Origin: a virus
Taxonomy: Duplodnaviria > Caudoviricetes
Length of the DNA stretch: 64,000 nt
Virus record (IMG/VR): IMGVR_UViG_3300021256_002823
Coordinates: 1,646-65,645 of that record
Strand: one strand, 5' to 3'
Part shown: positions 29,456 to 39,135 of the stretch, piece after piece
Position numbering within the stretch: the first letter of the stretch is position 1
Layout: each line of letters starts with the position of its first letter
Notes under the pieces: model-generated
What the model was told of the DNA's origin: nothing
Seen by the model: only the letters and a program-made list of their open reading frames with translations
Database searches by the model: none
Position numbers and translations under genes: made by a program

Positions 29456-31063
29456 CTAAATGAAAAGCAGCCCGCGATAGTCATACACGCTGCTGCCAGG
29501 ATCATTCCCATTTCGTATTGCTCTATCCAGTGCCATCACCATGGCAACTGCGCCGTCGATCTTTTCTGTCGCCTTCGATTTATCCAGCTTGATGTTTCCG
29601 GCCGGGTCTGTCTTTACGACTGCGTTATCCATCATCCAGGAAAGGACCGGATGTCCGCCGTGAGCGATCCGCTGCTCAAGGACCAGCTTAAGAAGCTCAC
29701 GTGTTGCCGGCGACATATCCTTAAAGCCCTGGCCGAATGGAACAACCGTGAATCCGATCTCTTCCAGATCCTGAACCATCTGCGTAGCGCCCCACCGGTC
29801 ATAAGCGATCTCCCGGATGTTATATTTCTCTCCAAGTTCCTCGATGAACTTCTCGATGAAACCGTAATGCAGAACGTTGCCTTCGGTCGTCTGAAGGAAG
29901 CCCTGCTTCTTATACACGTCGTACATCACGTGGTCCCTGCGGACCCTTAGGTCCAGGTTGTCTTCCGGAAGCCAGAAGTACGGAAGCACGATGTACTTGC
30001 CATCCTCATCCTCCGGAGGAAAGACCAGCACGAATGCCGTGATATCTGTGGTACTGGAAAGGTCCAACCCTCCGTAGCAGACCCGCCCTTCCAGCGCTTT
30101 CGGATCGACCGGAAATGCGCACGCGTTCCATTTATCCATAGGCATCCACCTTGTCGTCTGTGAAACCCACTGGTCCAGACGCAACTGCCGGAAGACGTTC
30201 TCTTCCGCAGGATTCTGCTGTGCCTGCTCGCAGGCCTGGCGAACCGTCTCGATCGGTACTGTGATACCAAGAGAAGGATTCGCTTTCTTCCAAACCTCTG
30301 GGTCCGTCCAGTCGTCATCTCGATCGGCCCCATAAATCACACCATAGAACTGTGGATCAGCCTTCCGACCTTCGATGATATCCACAGCCTTCTGGTGGAC
30401 TTCGTAGCAGATTGAGTGCGTGTCGTTACCGGCCGTCGTGATCAGCATCTGCAGCGGCTGGGTCCTGGCGTCGCCGGAGCCTTTCGTTAATACGTCATAC
30501 AGTTTTCTATTTGGCTGGCTGTGCAGCTCATCAAATATGATCCCGGACGCATTCAGTCCATGAAGGCGGAATGCCTCAGCCGACACCACTGAGTACGATG
30601 AGTTCGTCGGCATATACACCAGGCGCTTGGTTGATGCCTGGATCTTCACCCTCTTTGATAGCGCTGGGCTCATCCGGACCATGTCCGTTGCAACCTCGAA
30701 CACAATCGAGGCGTTTTTTCTATCTGCGGCTGCACCGTAAACCTCCGCTCGCTGCTCGCCGTCAGCGCAGGTCAGATACAGTGCGATCGCTGCAGCAAGT
30801 TCACTCTTGCCTTGCTTCTTCGGGATCTCGCAGTAGCAAACCTTAAATTGTCGCGTCCCTTCCGGAGTGAGTACGCCGAACACGTCGCGGACCAGCTGCT
30901 CCTGCCATGGGATCAGCTTGAACGGCTGTCCGGCCCATTTGCCTTTCGTATGGCACAGGTTTTCAATAAACATAACCGCAAAATCTGCAGCCTGCTTGTC
31001 ATAGTGGGACGTCGGCAGCATGAACCTCGTCGGTTTGTATTTCCATTTCTTCTGTTTCGTCAT
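29456..31063 (-). CDS. Terminase large subunit
   Basis: PKKQGKS Walker A, FDELH, ITTAG, GGLDLS, KIDGAVA. Confidence 0.95.
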   Translation of the reverse strand: MTKQKKWKYKPTRFMLPTSHYDKQAADFAVMFIENLCHTKGKWAGQPFKLIPWQEQLVRDVFGVLTPEGTRQFKVCYCEIPKKQGKSELAAAIALYLTCADGEQRAEVYGAAADRKNASIVFEVATDMVRMSPALSKRVKIQASTKRLVYMPTNSSYSVVSAEAFRLHGLNASGIIFDELHSQPNRKLYDVLTKGSGDARTQPLQMLITTAGNDTHSICYEVHQKAVDIIEGRKADPQFYGVIYGADRDDDWTDPEVWKKANPSLGITVPIETVRQACEQAQQNPAEENVFRQLRLDQWVSQTTRWMPMDKWNACAFPVDPKALEGRVCYGGLDLSSTTDITAFVLVFPPEDEDGKYIVLPYFWLPEDNLDLRVRRDHVMYDVYKKQGFLQTTEGNVLHYGFIEKFIEELGEKYNIREIAYDRWGATQMVQDLEEIGFTVVPFGQGFKDMSPATRELLKLVLEQRIAHGGHPVLSWMMDNAVVKTDPAGNIKLDKSKATEKIDGAVAMVMALDRAIRNGNDPGSSVYDYRGLLFI

Positions 31064-31276
31064 CTGCTTCGTCACCTTCCTCCACAGGACAGAGCACCGA
31101 TTCATCCGCGACCATCGCGTCATAAGGTAGCTCCGTCCGGTCAATCAGAAATTTCTTCATCGATGCCTCCTGGTAAAACAAAAGACCGCACGCCATTAAT
31201 CTGGCTGCGATCTATATCAGGAACGAGAGAAAGAGCCGCGTGGCTCTTCTCCCGGAATATTCATTCTCAGGTTTTC

Positions 31277-31525
31277 TTAGTTGTAGTTTTCAAGCAGGAT
31301 GCAAAGCGCCATCTCTGCTTCTTTGCAGGTGGGCTCTATGTCCCAGCCTCTGTCATAGTTGGCGGCAACAGTGCCGTCGATCTTGATTGTGAGCTTGCTG
31401 ATCTTACCTCCGTTCAGACCGTAGACCTCGCTCGGCTCTTCGTAGTGCTTTACCCAGTAATGGCAAACCGTGTACTTTCCTTTGTTCTTGGCATCCGGGA
31501 TGCCGATCGTTCCCTCGCTCCACAT
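31277..31525 (-). CDS. Small conserved phage protein
   Basis: 82 aa, GGAGG RBS; YWVKHY...YDRGWD. Confidence 0.7.
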   Translation of the reverse strand: MWSEGTIGIPDAKNKGKYTVCHYWVKHYEEPSEVYGLNGGKISKLTIKIDGTVAANYDRGWDIEPTCKEAEMALCILLENYN

Positions 31526-31529
31526 TTCT

Positions 31530-31895
31530 TCAGGCCTCCGTTACCGTCATCTTAAATGCCGGGATCAGGTCGTGCTCATCTCTTCCGAAGTGTGTGTAGC
31601 GGTCGCGGATCTTGATGATCCCGTCCAGTCTGCAGCCAAGCTCCTCAAAGCGGGCAATCGTTGTGATCAGGCTGGAGAAGGTCGAGCTGATTGTAAATTC
31701 CTTGATGCCGTAGGCTTTGCAGTCGGCGAGGATCTCCTCGATCTGCTCGTCCCAAATGACCTCGGCGAAGTTCGGAAGTTCGTCGCCGGCGTCCAGGCTC
31801 CAAAGGTATGCCTGCGCCAGGGTCCGATTCATCTTGATGGCCTGCCAATCTTCTCTGGTTTTCGCGTTCTCAATGGCTTCAATCGTGTACTTCAT
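31530..31895 (-). CDS. Small conserved phage protein
   Basis: 121 aa, AAGGAG RBS; downstream of a duplicated promoter block. Confidence 0.7.
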   Translation of the reverse strand: MKYTIEAIENAKTREDWQAIKMNRTLAQAYLWSLDAGDELPNFAEVIWDEQIEEILADCKAYGIKEFTISSTFSSLITTIARFEELGCRLDGIIKIRDRYTHFGRDEHDLIPAFKMTVTEA

Positions 31896-31926
31896 GGGTT
31901 TCTCCTTTCAGTGCTGTGTTCCTTTT

Positions 31927-31977
31927 GGTATGTACATATATCACTCTGAAGCCCTTATATAGCAAGCTAATTATCGA
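31927..31977 (-). promoter_or_regulatory. 51-bp promoter-like block, copy A
   Basis: 45/51 identical to 33195-33245; TTGCTA and TG-A-TATATG on the minus strand. Confidence 0.7.
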
Positions 31978-32025
31978 GGTATATGTGACAATCCTGCAGG
32001 TTTTTTCAGCGCGAAATTGTGTAGT

Positions 32026-32205
32026 TTATTCCGGTTCTCCCGTCATAATGAAGTGCACGTATTCTCGGCGATGTTCCTCGATGTAGAGGACCAGCTCGTA
32101 AAAATTCCTCTCGTAGGCAAGGCTCTGGACCATGCCTATGTCAAACATATTCGTAAGGCCGCTGTCCCGGATCGCAAGGATCTGTTCTTTCACCGTTTCA
32201 GTCAT
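32026..32205 (-). CDS. DUF5049-like small protein, 59 aa, absent from the ORF track
   Basis: MTETVKEQILAIRDSGLTNMFD...YVHFIMTGE; start overlaps the upstream stop. Confidence 0.75.
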   Translation of the reverse strand: MTETVKEQILAIRDSGLTNMFDIGMVQSLAYERNFYELVLYIEEHRREYVHFIMTGEPE

Positions 32206-32431
32206 CGCCGTCCACCACCTTTTTCACCAGGTCCTCGCCGTAGACTACATTGAGACCAGATCCGTTATCCCAGGAAACCATAATGCTGCCGATGTCGTCG
32301 ACTCCGGTGACCGTTCCTCGTGTCCCGATCGGAGGCGCCTGTACATCCTCCATCTGAAGGAGCTCCACGCGGGTGCCTGCCGGGTACTGACGCCGGAGCG
32401 CTTCCAGTTGTTCTTTCCTGATCACTCGCAT
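32198..32431 (-). CDS. DUF4314-like protein
   Basis: YPAGTRVELLQMED...GTVTGVDDIG...WDNGSGL. Confidence 0.8.
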   Translation of the reverse strand: MRVIRKEQLEALRRQYPAGTRVELLQMEDVQAPPIGTRGTVTGVDDIGSIMVSWDNGSGLNVVYGEDLVKKVVDGDD

Positions 32432-33150
32432 GCCGGCACCTCCTTTTCCGGAGCGCCGTTCTTCCAGCTGCTGTTTCCAGAAAGGTTTCTCAGCAGGATC
32501 TTGCGCTCGTCCTTGTACTCGCTTCCAATGAAGCCAAGCCTTAAGAGGAAGCATCTGAATTCGTACTTCTCGTTTGCGATCTCGTGCTCTTTGGCCGACG
32601 CTCTCTTCAGGTCCTTGCTCATCTTGCCAAGTGCTGCAATGAGGTGCGTGTAGGCTTTGACCTCGTCCGGCTCAGGCATCTCTTTAAACCAGGGGAAGGA
32701 AACCTTGTCTTCCTCGATTGCGATGCCAAGGTCGTCGATTCCGAGTGCCTTCTTGATGAGCGTGCCCTTTGCAGTGAGGAGGTTGGTCAGGTTTCCAACC
32801 GCGACCTTGCTTATCGGAAGGCTGACCGTAAGCCCGGTCGTATCTTCCGTTTCAGTCTCTGGTGTGTCGGCTGCCTGCTCTTCAGCCCGCTCGAAGATTT
32901 CCTTCTCATCCGAAATGAAGCCGGCCTCCTCGAGCTTCTGGATCAGGTCTGTGTTCCGGTCCAGGTTTTCCGGGTCTGCATCCTCCATGTCGCCCCAGGA
33001 AAGTGCACCGGTCTTGTCGACCGTGTAGTAGCCGATCTTGTAAGCGCAGGTCGGGACTTTCATGTACTCGGCCTTCTGTCCGGTGATCTCGGCGATCTTG
33101 TTTACCAGATTCTTTCTCTCCGCTCCGGTTACGTTGTAGTGATAAATCAT
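32422..33150 (-). CDS. Conserved phage hypothetical protein
   Basis: 242 aa, GGAGG RBS; KYEFRCFLLRLGFIG...LLRNLSGNSSWK. Confidence 0.75.
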   Translation of the reverse strand: MIYHYNVTGAERKNLVNKIAEITGQKAEYMKVPTCAYKIGYYTVDKTGALSWGDMEDADPENLDRNTDLIQKLEEAGFISDEKEIFERAEEQAADTPETETEDTTGLTVSLPISKVAVGNLTNLLTAKGTLIKKALGIDDLGIAIEEDKVSFPWFKEMPEPDEVKAYTHLIAALGKMSKDLKRASAKEHEIANEKYEFRCFLLRLGFIGSEYKDERKILLRNLSGNSSWKNGAPEKEVPACE

Positions 33151-33194
33151 GGTATGTACCTCCTTTGAATTTCCGGGCACCCTATGTGCCTTTC

Positions 33195-33245
33195 GGTACG
33201 TACATATATCACTCTGAAGCCCTGTATTATCAAGCTAATTATCGA
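33195..33245 (-). promoter_or_regulatory. 51-bp promoter-like block, copy B
   Basis: 45/51 identical to 31927-31977; TTGATA and TG-A-TATATG. Confidence 0.7.
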
Positions 33246-33293
33246 TATTCTGTGAGGATAAATCTCACGATTTCAGGCCGGAAAAATTGTGTA

Positions 33294-34559
33294 TTATACA
33301 TCCTCTTCCGGCGTCGCCCAGACCTCTTTCACAAGATCCGAATAGGCGATCTTCTTACCGCCGCGCTCAACGAAAACCCCGTCCGCGTCACCAGTCAGAT
33401 CGACATACCTTCTTAAAATAACTGATGCATATTTCTCATCAAGTTCCGACATGTAACAGATCCGGCCAAGCTGCTCGCAGGCCATCATCGTGCTGCCGGA
33501 ACCGCCGAAGGTATCGAGCACGATGGAGTTCTCCTGGCTCGAGTTATGAATCGGATATGCAAGCAGGTCCAGCGGCTTGCTGGTCGGATGATCCTTGTTG
33601 CGCTTCGGCTTATCAAAGTTCCAGACCGTTGTCTGCTTTCTATCGCTGTACCACTTGTGTTTTCCGTTCTGTAGGAATCCATACAGGATCGGCTCGTGCT
33701 GCCACTGGTAATCCGACCGGCCCAGGACCAGAGAGTTCTTCACCCAGATGCAGGTCCCAGCCAGATGGAATCCAGCGTCAATGAATGCCTTCCTGAAGTT
33801 CAGACCTTCCGTATCCGCGTGGAACACATAAGCCGATCCACCTGGCTCTAAGTGAGAAGCCATGTTCTGAAATGCCGATAGCAGGAACTGATAGAACTCC
33901 TCGCCCTTCAGGCTATCGTTCTGGATTGTGAGCCCATCCGATGCTTTGAAGGAAACTCCATACGGAGGGTCCGTCACGATCAGGTTGGCACGCTTGCCAT
34001 CCATGAGCTTTTCAACATCCTCAGCGGATGTGGCGTCGCCGCAGAGCAGTCTGTGCTTTCCGACGGTCCACAGGTCACCCTTCTCGACGAAGGATGCCTT
34101 CTCAAGGGCCGCGGTAAGATCGTAGTCATCATCTTTCGCTCCGGTCTCGTTTCCGCCGTTTAAGAGCTTATCGAGATCACCCTGCTCAAAGCCCAGGAGT
34201 GAAAGATCAAATGCGTTCTCCTGCAGATCGGACAGTTCGACCGACAGCATTTCCTCGTCCCAACCTGCATTTAATGCCAGCTGATTGTCTGCAAGAATGT
34301 AAGCTCGCTTCTGCGCCTCCGTCAGATCCTCAGCAAAGACACAAGGCACGGTATCATAGCCTTCCTCGCGTGCTGCCTGGACCCTGCCGTGACCGACCAG
34401 AATGTTGTAATCCGCGTCAATGACTGCAGGGGAGACGAAGCCGAACTCCCTGAGGGATGCACGAAGCTGCGCTATCTGTTCTTTACTATGAGTCCGGGCA
34501 TTCCGGGCATAAGGCACCAGCTTATCTATTGGTACCTGCTCAAATCGTTTTGTATTCAT
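33294..34559 (-). CDS. ParB-like domain fused to an N6/N4 DNA methyltransferase
   Basis: PYARNARTH...ILVGHGR; TDPPY; LDTFGGSGST. Confidence 0.92.
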   Translation of the reverse strand: MNTKRFEQVPIDKLVPYARNARTHSKEQIAQLRASLREFGFVSPAVIDADYNILVGHGRVQAAREEGYDTVPCVFAEDLTEAQKRAYILADNQLALNAGWDEEMLSVELSDLQENAFDLSLLGFEQGDLDKLLNGGNETGAKDDDYDLTAALEKASFVEKGDLWTVGKHRLLCGDATSAEDVEKLMDGKRANLIVTDPPYGVSFKASDGLTIQNDSLKGEEFYQFLLSAFQNMASHLEPGGSAYVFHADTEGLNFRKAFIDAGFHLAGTCIWVKNSLVLGRSDYQWQHEPILYGFLQNGKHKWYSDRKQTTVWNFDKPKRNKDHPTSKPLDLLAYPIHNSSQENSIVLDTFGGSGSTMMACEQLGRICYMSELDEKYASVILRRYVDLTGDADGVFVERGGKKIAYSDLVKEVWATPEEDV

Positions 34560-35338
34560 ACAAGCCCCCACTCAGCAAATTTCTCAAAACCGCCAACCTT
34601 GCGAATATACTCGCGGGCAGTCTCGACGATCTCTTCAAAGGGAACGTCGCCTACTGTTTCATCACCGATGGCGCAGGAAAACTCCACTGGCTTCCCAGTA
34701 TTCTGCGCTTTGAGAAATGCATAAATGTTGACGGATACATCTGCCTTGCTGAGGTCCTTCCCGTGAAGGCCTCCGCCGGAAACGCTGTCCGCCATATCGC
34801 TTCCAAGTTTTCTGTTCGTGGCACCGGTATCGACATCTGTGCCACCGGTCCAATCACCGAGCGGATTGATCTCCGCACCGGGATATAAAGCATCGATGTC
34901 TGCCTTTGCAGCGTGACTCTGGCAGATGATCAGCCTGGCACCATCCAGGATGTACTTCCCGTCAAATGGATACCTGCTGTAGATATCCTTTGAAATCGAA
35001 GCGAGCTCTTTCTGCTCTGCTGTTACAGGCACACCTTTGAAGATCCCGTTGTCGCCGCAGCGTATGCCACCTTCCTGGTTATCTGCCAGATGCACATCTT
35101 GCGGAACTTCTACATAATCAACTTTCACATCTCCAGCGATCCTGCGAACTATCACAGACACATCTTCCGGAATGAACCGGACCGAGGTCTCCGCAATTAT
35201 GTGACACACTCCGTGCCCGATCAGGACCTCGACTGCAATCCTTGGATTCTCATCCATTTCATATGCCAGGTCCACAAGTGCACCGGCGATTCTGTCCGCC
35301 ACCTTATCCGGATGGCCGGGATTTACTTTTTCAAACAT
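34556..35338 (-). CDS. metK: Compact methionine adenosyltransferase (SAM synthetase)
   Basis: GHPDK, GDNG, GGGLHGKDLSKAD; about 260 aa. Confidence 0.85.
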   Translation of the reverse strand: MFEKVNPGHPDKVADRIAGALVDLAYEMDENPRIAVEVLIGHGVCHIIAETSVRFIPEDVSVIVRRIAGDVKVDYVEVPQDVHLADNQEGGIRCGDNGIFKGVPVTAEQKELASISKDIYSRYPFDGKYILDGARLIICQSHAAKADIDALYPGAEINPLGDWTGGTDVDTGATNRKLGSDMADSVSGGGLHGKDLSKADVSVNIYAFLKAQNTGKPVEFSCAIGDETVGDVPFEEIVETAREYIRKVGGFEKFAEWGLV

Positions 35339-35342
35339 ATCC

Positions 35343-35876
35343 TTATCCTTCCCTTGATCTAAGCAGACGATCCATAACGTCGTCCTGGGGAGTAGCGCCG
35401 AACTCGGTGCTGCAGTTCTCTCGGACAACGGAATAAATGGAAGCCCATAACTGGTTGGCCTGCTTCATATAGCTTTGTTCCATAGCAACATACGGGCTCG
35501 CAATCGGAGCACCGGTCGTCGGATGCTTTGAAAGGCTGCCGAATTTACTGATGGCCTGCTCCGTCAGAATCCAACGTGCAACACACATCGCGTATTGCTG
35601 GATCAGCTGAACACTGACCAGCCTCTCGCAACCGCAGCTCTTTAGCCACTGCCAGGTTTCGATATAAACCTCGTCCGCGCAGAGCTCGCCACCATCGCGC
35701 TGCTGCTCTTTCATGAAATCCTTCACCGGTGGCATATCAACACCAGTCAGGTCCGCAGGCTCCGGAAGATCAATCACCATCAATGGTCTCTTACCCGGAT
35801 TGCCCGTCGCTATCTTTTCTGCCAGGGGTTTTTTCGGTCTTCCACCGGTCCCTGGTGCGGGTCCTCTTTTCCCCAT
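35343..35876 (-). CDS. Terminase small subunit, P27-like
   Basis: GKRGPAPGTGGRP...GNPGKRPL, LIQQYAMC, SPYV. Confidence 0.85.
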   Translation of the reverse strand: MGKRGPAPGTGGRPKKPLAEKIATGNPGKRPLMVIDLPEPADLTGVDMPPVKDFMKEQQRDGGELCADEVYIETWQWLKSCGCERLVSVQLIQQYAMCVARWILTEQAISKFGSLSKHPTTGAPIASPYVAMEQSYMKQANQLWASIYSVVRENCSTEFGATPQDDVMDRLLRSREG

Positions 35877-35910
35877 TTTTACCTCCCAGGGTTAATACCC
35901 CAAAAACTTA

Positions 35911-35982
35911 TGCGAATTTGCACGCGAGAGGGGGCGCCGGTCTTCCGGCGATCGCGCACAGCGATTCAACCCGCCCCTCCCG
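35911..35982. other. Putative cos/packaging region
   Basis: GC-rich non-coding stretch between HNH and terS, the usual cos location in HK97-like phages; cut site not identified. Confidence 0.3.
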
Positions 35983-36036
35983 TTCAAAAAAAAATCTCTC
36001 GTACAAATAAATGAAGAGCCGATCACTCAGCTCTCA

Positions 36037-36402
36037 TCAAAATTTATATTCTGGTCGCACATCTTCAGTGAAAGTCTTCTTATCATGACAAGGCTTGCAG
36101 AGCGCTTGCCAGTTGGACTGATTCCAGAAGAGTTCTTGGTCACCACGGTGCGGAACCTTGTGGTCTACAACCGTTGCCTTGACGTACCGACCTTCTGCCA
36201 GGCACCTCTCACAAAGCGGGTGGGCGTGAAGGAAAGCACGTGATGCTTTCTGCCAGCGCTTACCGTAGCCACGGCTTGATGCCGACGGTCTTTTCACTTC
36301 ATCAAGGTGCAAGTGCTTATGCTTCTCGCAGTACAGTTCACCTGCGGTTACCAGTGCACTGCAGCCTGGGTGCCGGCAGGGAACCTTCGGTTTGTATGGC
36401 AT
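36037..36402 (-). CDS. HNH endonuclease (packaging associated)
   Basis: HPLCERC...VVDHKVPH...NWQALCKPCHDKKT. Confidence 0.9.
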   Translation of the reverse strand: MPYKPKVPCRHPGCSALVTAGELYCEKHKHLHLDEVKRPSASSRGYGKRWQKASRAFLHAHPLCERCLAEGRYVKATVVDHKVPHRGDQELFWNQSNWQALCKPCHDKKTFTEDVRPEYKF

Positions 36403-36423
36403 GCCAGCCTCCCTTCTTGCATA

Positions 36424-36462
36424 ACAAAAGCCCCGAAGGATCTTGTTGTCCTCCGAGGCTTC
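36424..36462 (-). terminator. Intrinsic terminator-like hairpin upstream of HNH
   Basis: GAAGCCTCGGAGGA / TCCTTCGGGGCTTT stem then TGTT. Confidence 0.55.
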
Positions 36463-36543
36463 ATCTTTTCTTTCTTGCCGATTATACAATAACACATAAG
36501 CCACCTGGACATTTGCGGACAAACCCGGGCATTTCCGGCGCAC

Positions 36544-36969
36544 TCATATGATTGTAGGATTCTTCGGAATCACCACGTGGGCAAGTGCTCTGTTGTGCCA
36601 GCGGCGTATGGTACGCTCGTCTGCATAGAGCTCATCGCCGATCTGCGACCAAGTATAGTTCTTCAGGTATCGGTACGTCAGGACCAGGCGCTCATCCATG
36701 TTGGGCACAGCGTTTATGACAGCTTGGATCTCTCCCTTCAGCTTCAGCAGCTGATCCAGCTCCTTATTGACCCGGTCTTCATATTCCCAGATCTTCTCTA
36801 AGGTCTTTATGAACGGCGCCTCGGTTGGCCTGTTCGGATTGTTGTGGAATTCAAAATCAGGACTGCCCACGCTGCCGGCAAGTTCCTGCAGGTTTTCTAT
36901 TTCTTCCTTATGCAGCCGAATACGCTGCTCCAGACGGTAGGCCTGATTCAAATATGTCTTTGGAGTCAT
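36544..36969 (-). CDS. RinA/DUF1492-like late transcription regulator
   Basis: KTYLNQAYRLEQRI...LTYRYLKNYTWSQIGDEL...TIRRWHNRAL; position before HNH. Confidence 0.75.
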   Translation of the reverse strand: MTPKTYLNQAYRLEQRIRLHKEEIENLQELAGSVGSPDFEFHNNPNRPTEAPFIKTLEKIWEYEDRVNKELDQLLKLKGEIQAVINAVPNMDERLVLTYRYLKNYTWSQIGDELYADERTIRRWHNRALAHVVIPKNPTII

Positions 36970-37202
36970 TTGCTCACCTCGTTTCTTAATCTCCGGATCA
37001 GATAGTCCGGGGCTACCGAAGTGAGCTGTGCATACCACGCTGAATGGAAGAAACGCTCCAGATCCATTGCTTCCTGCATGGCCATCTTGTTATTACGCTT
37101 TCGCTTTAGCTTTTTGAGAGCTGCGATATAATCCTTTGCCGCCTGGGCAACGATCGCGTTGGCAAGATTCTCATATGGATCTCCATCCGTTCTGTTTTGC
37201 AT
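36966..37202 (-). CDS. Conserved phage hypothetical protein
   Basis: DPYENLANAIVAQAAKDY...ERFFHSAW. Confidence 0.75.
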   Translation of the reverse strand: MQNRTDGDPYENLANAIVAQAAKDYIAALKKLKRKRNNKMAMQEAMDLERFFHSAWYAQLTSVAPDYLIRRLRNEVSK

Positions 37203-37275
37203 ATGCTTTCCTCCGGCACTGATATCTGTTTCCCTCGGATTGACATATGATTGACTCGGCCTTACAAAGGCTCAT

Positions 37276-38652
37276 TTACAGTTCTGCCTTCACCGCTTCG
37301 ATCAAAGCGTTCTGGCCTCTCTCCTTGCGGGAGATCGCGTCCAGGATTCGCTCATCGATAGTTCCGGCTGTTACGATGTGCTGTACCACAACGGTTGACG
37401 CCTGCTGCCCTTGTCTCCAGATTCTTGCGATTGTCTGTTCATAAAGTTCCAAGGACCAGGTCAGTCCAAACCAGACCATCACGTTTCCGCCCTGCTGCAG
37501 ATTGAGGCCGTGGCCGGCAGACGCCGGATGAATCAGCCCTACCTGGTAGTTGCCTTCATTCCAGCTTCGGATGCTCTCTTCGGAAGAGATCCGGCTGTAG
37601 CTGACCTTCAGCTGATCCAAGCGCTTGATGATTCTGGCAAGATCGTGCTTAAACCAGTAACAAAGAAGAATCGGTCCCTGCGCTGCCTCGATCAGGTCCT
37701 CTAAGGCATCGAGCTTCCGGTCATGGATATGCACGACATCGCCGTTATCGGAATAGACCGCACCGTTTGCCATCTGGCAGAGCTTTCCGGAGAGAGCTGC
37801 AGCATTGGCTGCGGTGATATCGTCCTCGTCCTGGTAAGGCAGGATCAGGTCGTGCTTCATCGACTCATATTGCTCGGTCTCCTCATCATCCATGTAGACC
37901 GGATACCGCTCAGATAAAAGCTCCGGCATTTTCAGATGATCCAGGGCCTTCATGGAAATGGTGATATCCGAGATCTTGTCATAGATCTTTTCCTCCGCTC
38001 CCGGTAGGAGCTTATACGAATACACGATCTGGCCATTCATCTTATCCGGAGTGAAATACCCGGTCCTGTACTGCGTGATAAACCTTCCGAGCCGCTCTCC
38101 CATATCCAGACACTTGAACTCTGCGAACAAGTCCATCAGTGAGTTCGGTGCCGGCGTTCCGGTCAAGCCCACGACTCGCGTGACCCTTGGCCTGACTTTC
38201 ATGAAGGCCCGGAAGCGTTTTGACTGCCAGCTTTTAAAGGATGACAGCTCGTCCAACACCACCATGTCGTAATCGAACGGCATCCTCGACTTCTCGATCA
38301 ACCATTGCAGGTTTTCTCTGTTGATAATCGTGATATCCGCATTTTGCCTCAGAGCGTCCATGCGCTCTTTTTCTGTACCGACCGCTACCGCATAAGACAG
38401 ATCCTGCAGGTGGTCCCATTTCGTGATCTCATCCTTCCATGTGACCTTGGCCACACGTAGCGGCGCTACGATCAGAACCTTGTTGACTTCAAAGCTGTCA
38501 TACATCAACTGCTGGATCGCCGTCAGCGTGATCACCGTCTTACCGGCGCCGAGAAACAATATCACAGCACTGATCGGATGCTGCAGAATGAAGTCTGTCG
38601 CAAACTTCTGGTAAGCGTGCGGTTTATATGTTTGTCTCTTGTATTCCATCAA
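37276..38652 (-). CDS. SNF2-like helicase
   Basis: GAGKT, VLDELSSFK, LTGTP, SAGHGLNLQ, ARIWRQGQ. Confidence 0.92.
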   Translation of the reverse strand: MMEYKRQTYKPHAYQKFATDFILQHPISAVILFLGAGKTVITLTAIQQLMYDSFEVNKVLIVAPLRVAKVTWKDEITKWDHLQDLSYAVAVGTEKERMDALRQNADITIINRENLQWLIEKSRMPFDYDMVVLDELSSFKSWQSKRFRAFMKVRPRVTRVVGLTGTPAPNSLMDLFAEFKCLDMGERLGRFITQYRTGYFTPDKMNGQIVYSYKLLPGAEEKIYDKISDITISMKALDHLKMPELLSERYPVYMDDEETEQYESMKHDLILPYQDEDDITAANAAALSGKLCQMANGAVYSDNGDVVHIHDRKLDALEDLIEAAQGPILLCYWFKHDLARIIKRLDQLKVSYSRISSEESIRSWNEGNYQVGLIHPASAGHGLNLQQGGNVMVWFGLTWSLELYEQTIARIWRQGQQASTVVVQHIVTAGTIDERILDAISRKERGQNALIEAVKAEL

Positions 38653-38908
38653 GAATTCCTCCGATTTGCTCTGTTTTGTCTAAGACGTAAACCTTGTATC
38701 CAAGGCGCCGCAGCTGGTTATGACGCTTCACCTGAAGTGGCCGCGGCTTTTTTCCAGGAGCCTTCACTTCAATGAAACCCGCCTTCCCATCCGGGAATAA
38801 ACAGATCCTGTCGGGCCAGCCTGAACTGCCAGAGGTCCATTTCTCACACAAGCCACCACGCAGCCGGACCTCACTTCTTAACTGCTGCTCGATGTTCTTT
38901 TCTCTCAT
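38624..38908 (-). CDS. VRR-NUC nuclease
   Basis: GWPDRI...FIEVKAPG...Q. Confidence 0.9.
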   Translation of the reverse strand: MREKNIEQQLRSEVRLRGGLCEKWTSGSSGWPDRICLFPDGKAGFIEVKAPGKKPRPLQVKRHNQLRRLGYKVYVLDKTEQIGGILDGIQETNI

Positions 38909-38935
38909 GCCTGCCTCCCATCACGGATTTGAATG

Positions 38936-39134
38936 GTGCAGGTCGTGAAGCTCGTTCCTAAAAACCCCCTATATGTTTTTTTCATTGAAAATTTCTCTCT
39001 ATAGTGACTTTTGTATATAGACATTCACGACCTGCACTTTTACGTATTTTCATTTCTGGACAGGTTTATCTATTGAGCTTCACGACCTGCATAAATCGAG
39101 AAGCGTTACAGGAATTAACCTGCACGACCTTCAC
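38936..39134. repeat. Iteron-like repeats around an AT-rich tract (putative replication origin)
   Basis: TTCACGACCTGCA at 39024 and 39079, inverted at 38937-38949, variant at 39118; directly after the primase gene. Confidence 0.6.
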
Positions 39135-39135
39135 C

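Noticed and set aside
30999-31157. Small acidic ORF overlapping the terL start
   Set aside because: 65-nt overlap with terL and no recognisable family; cannot be supported
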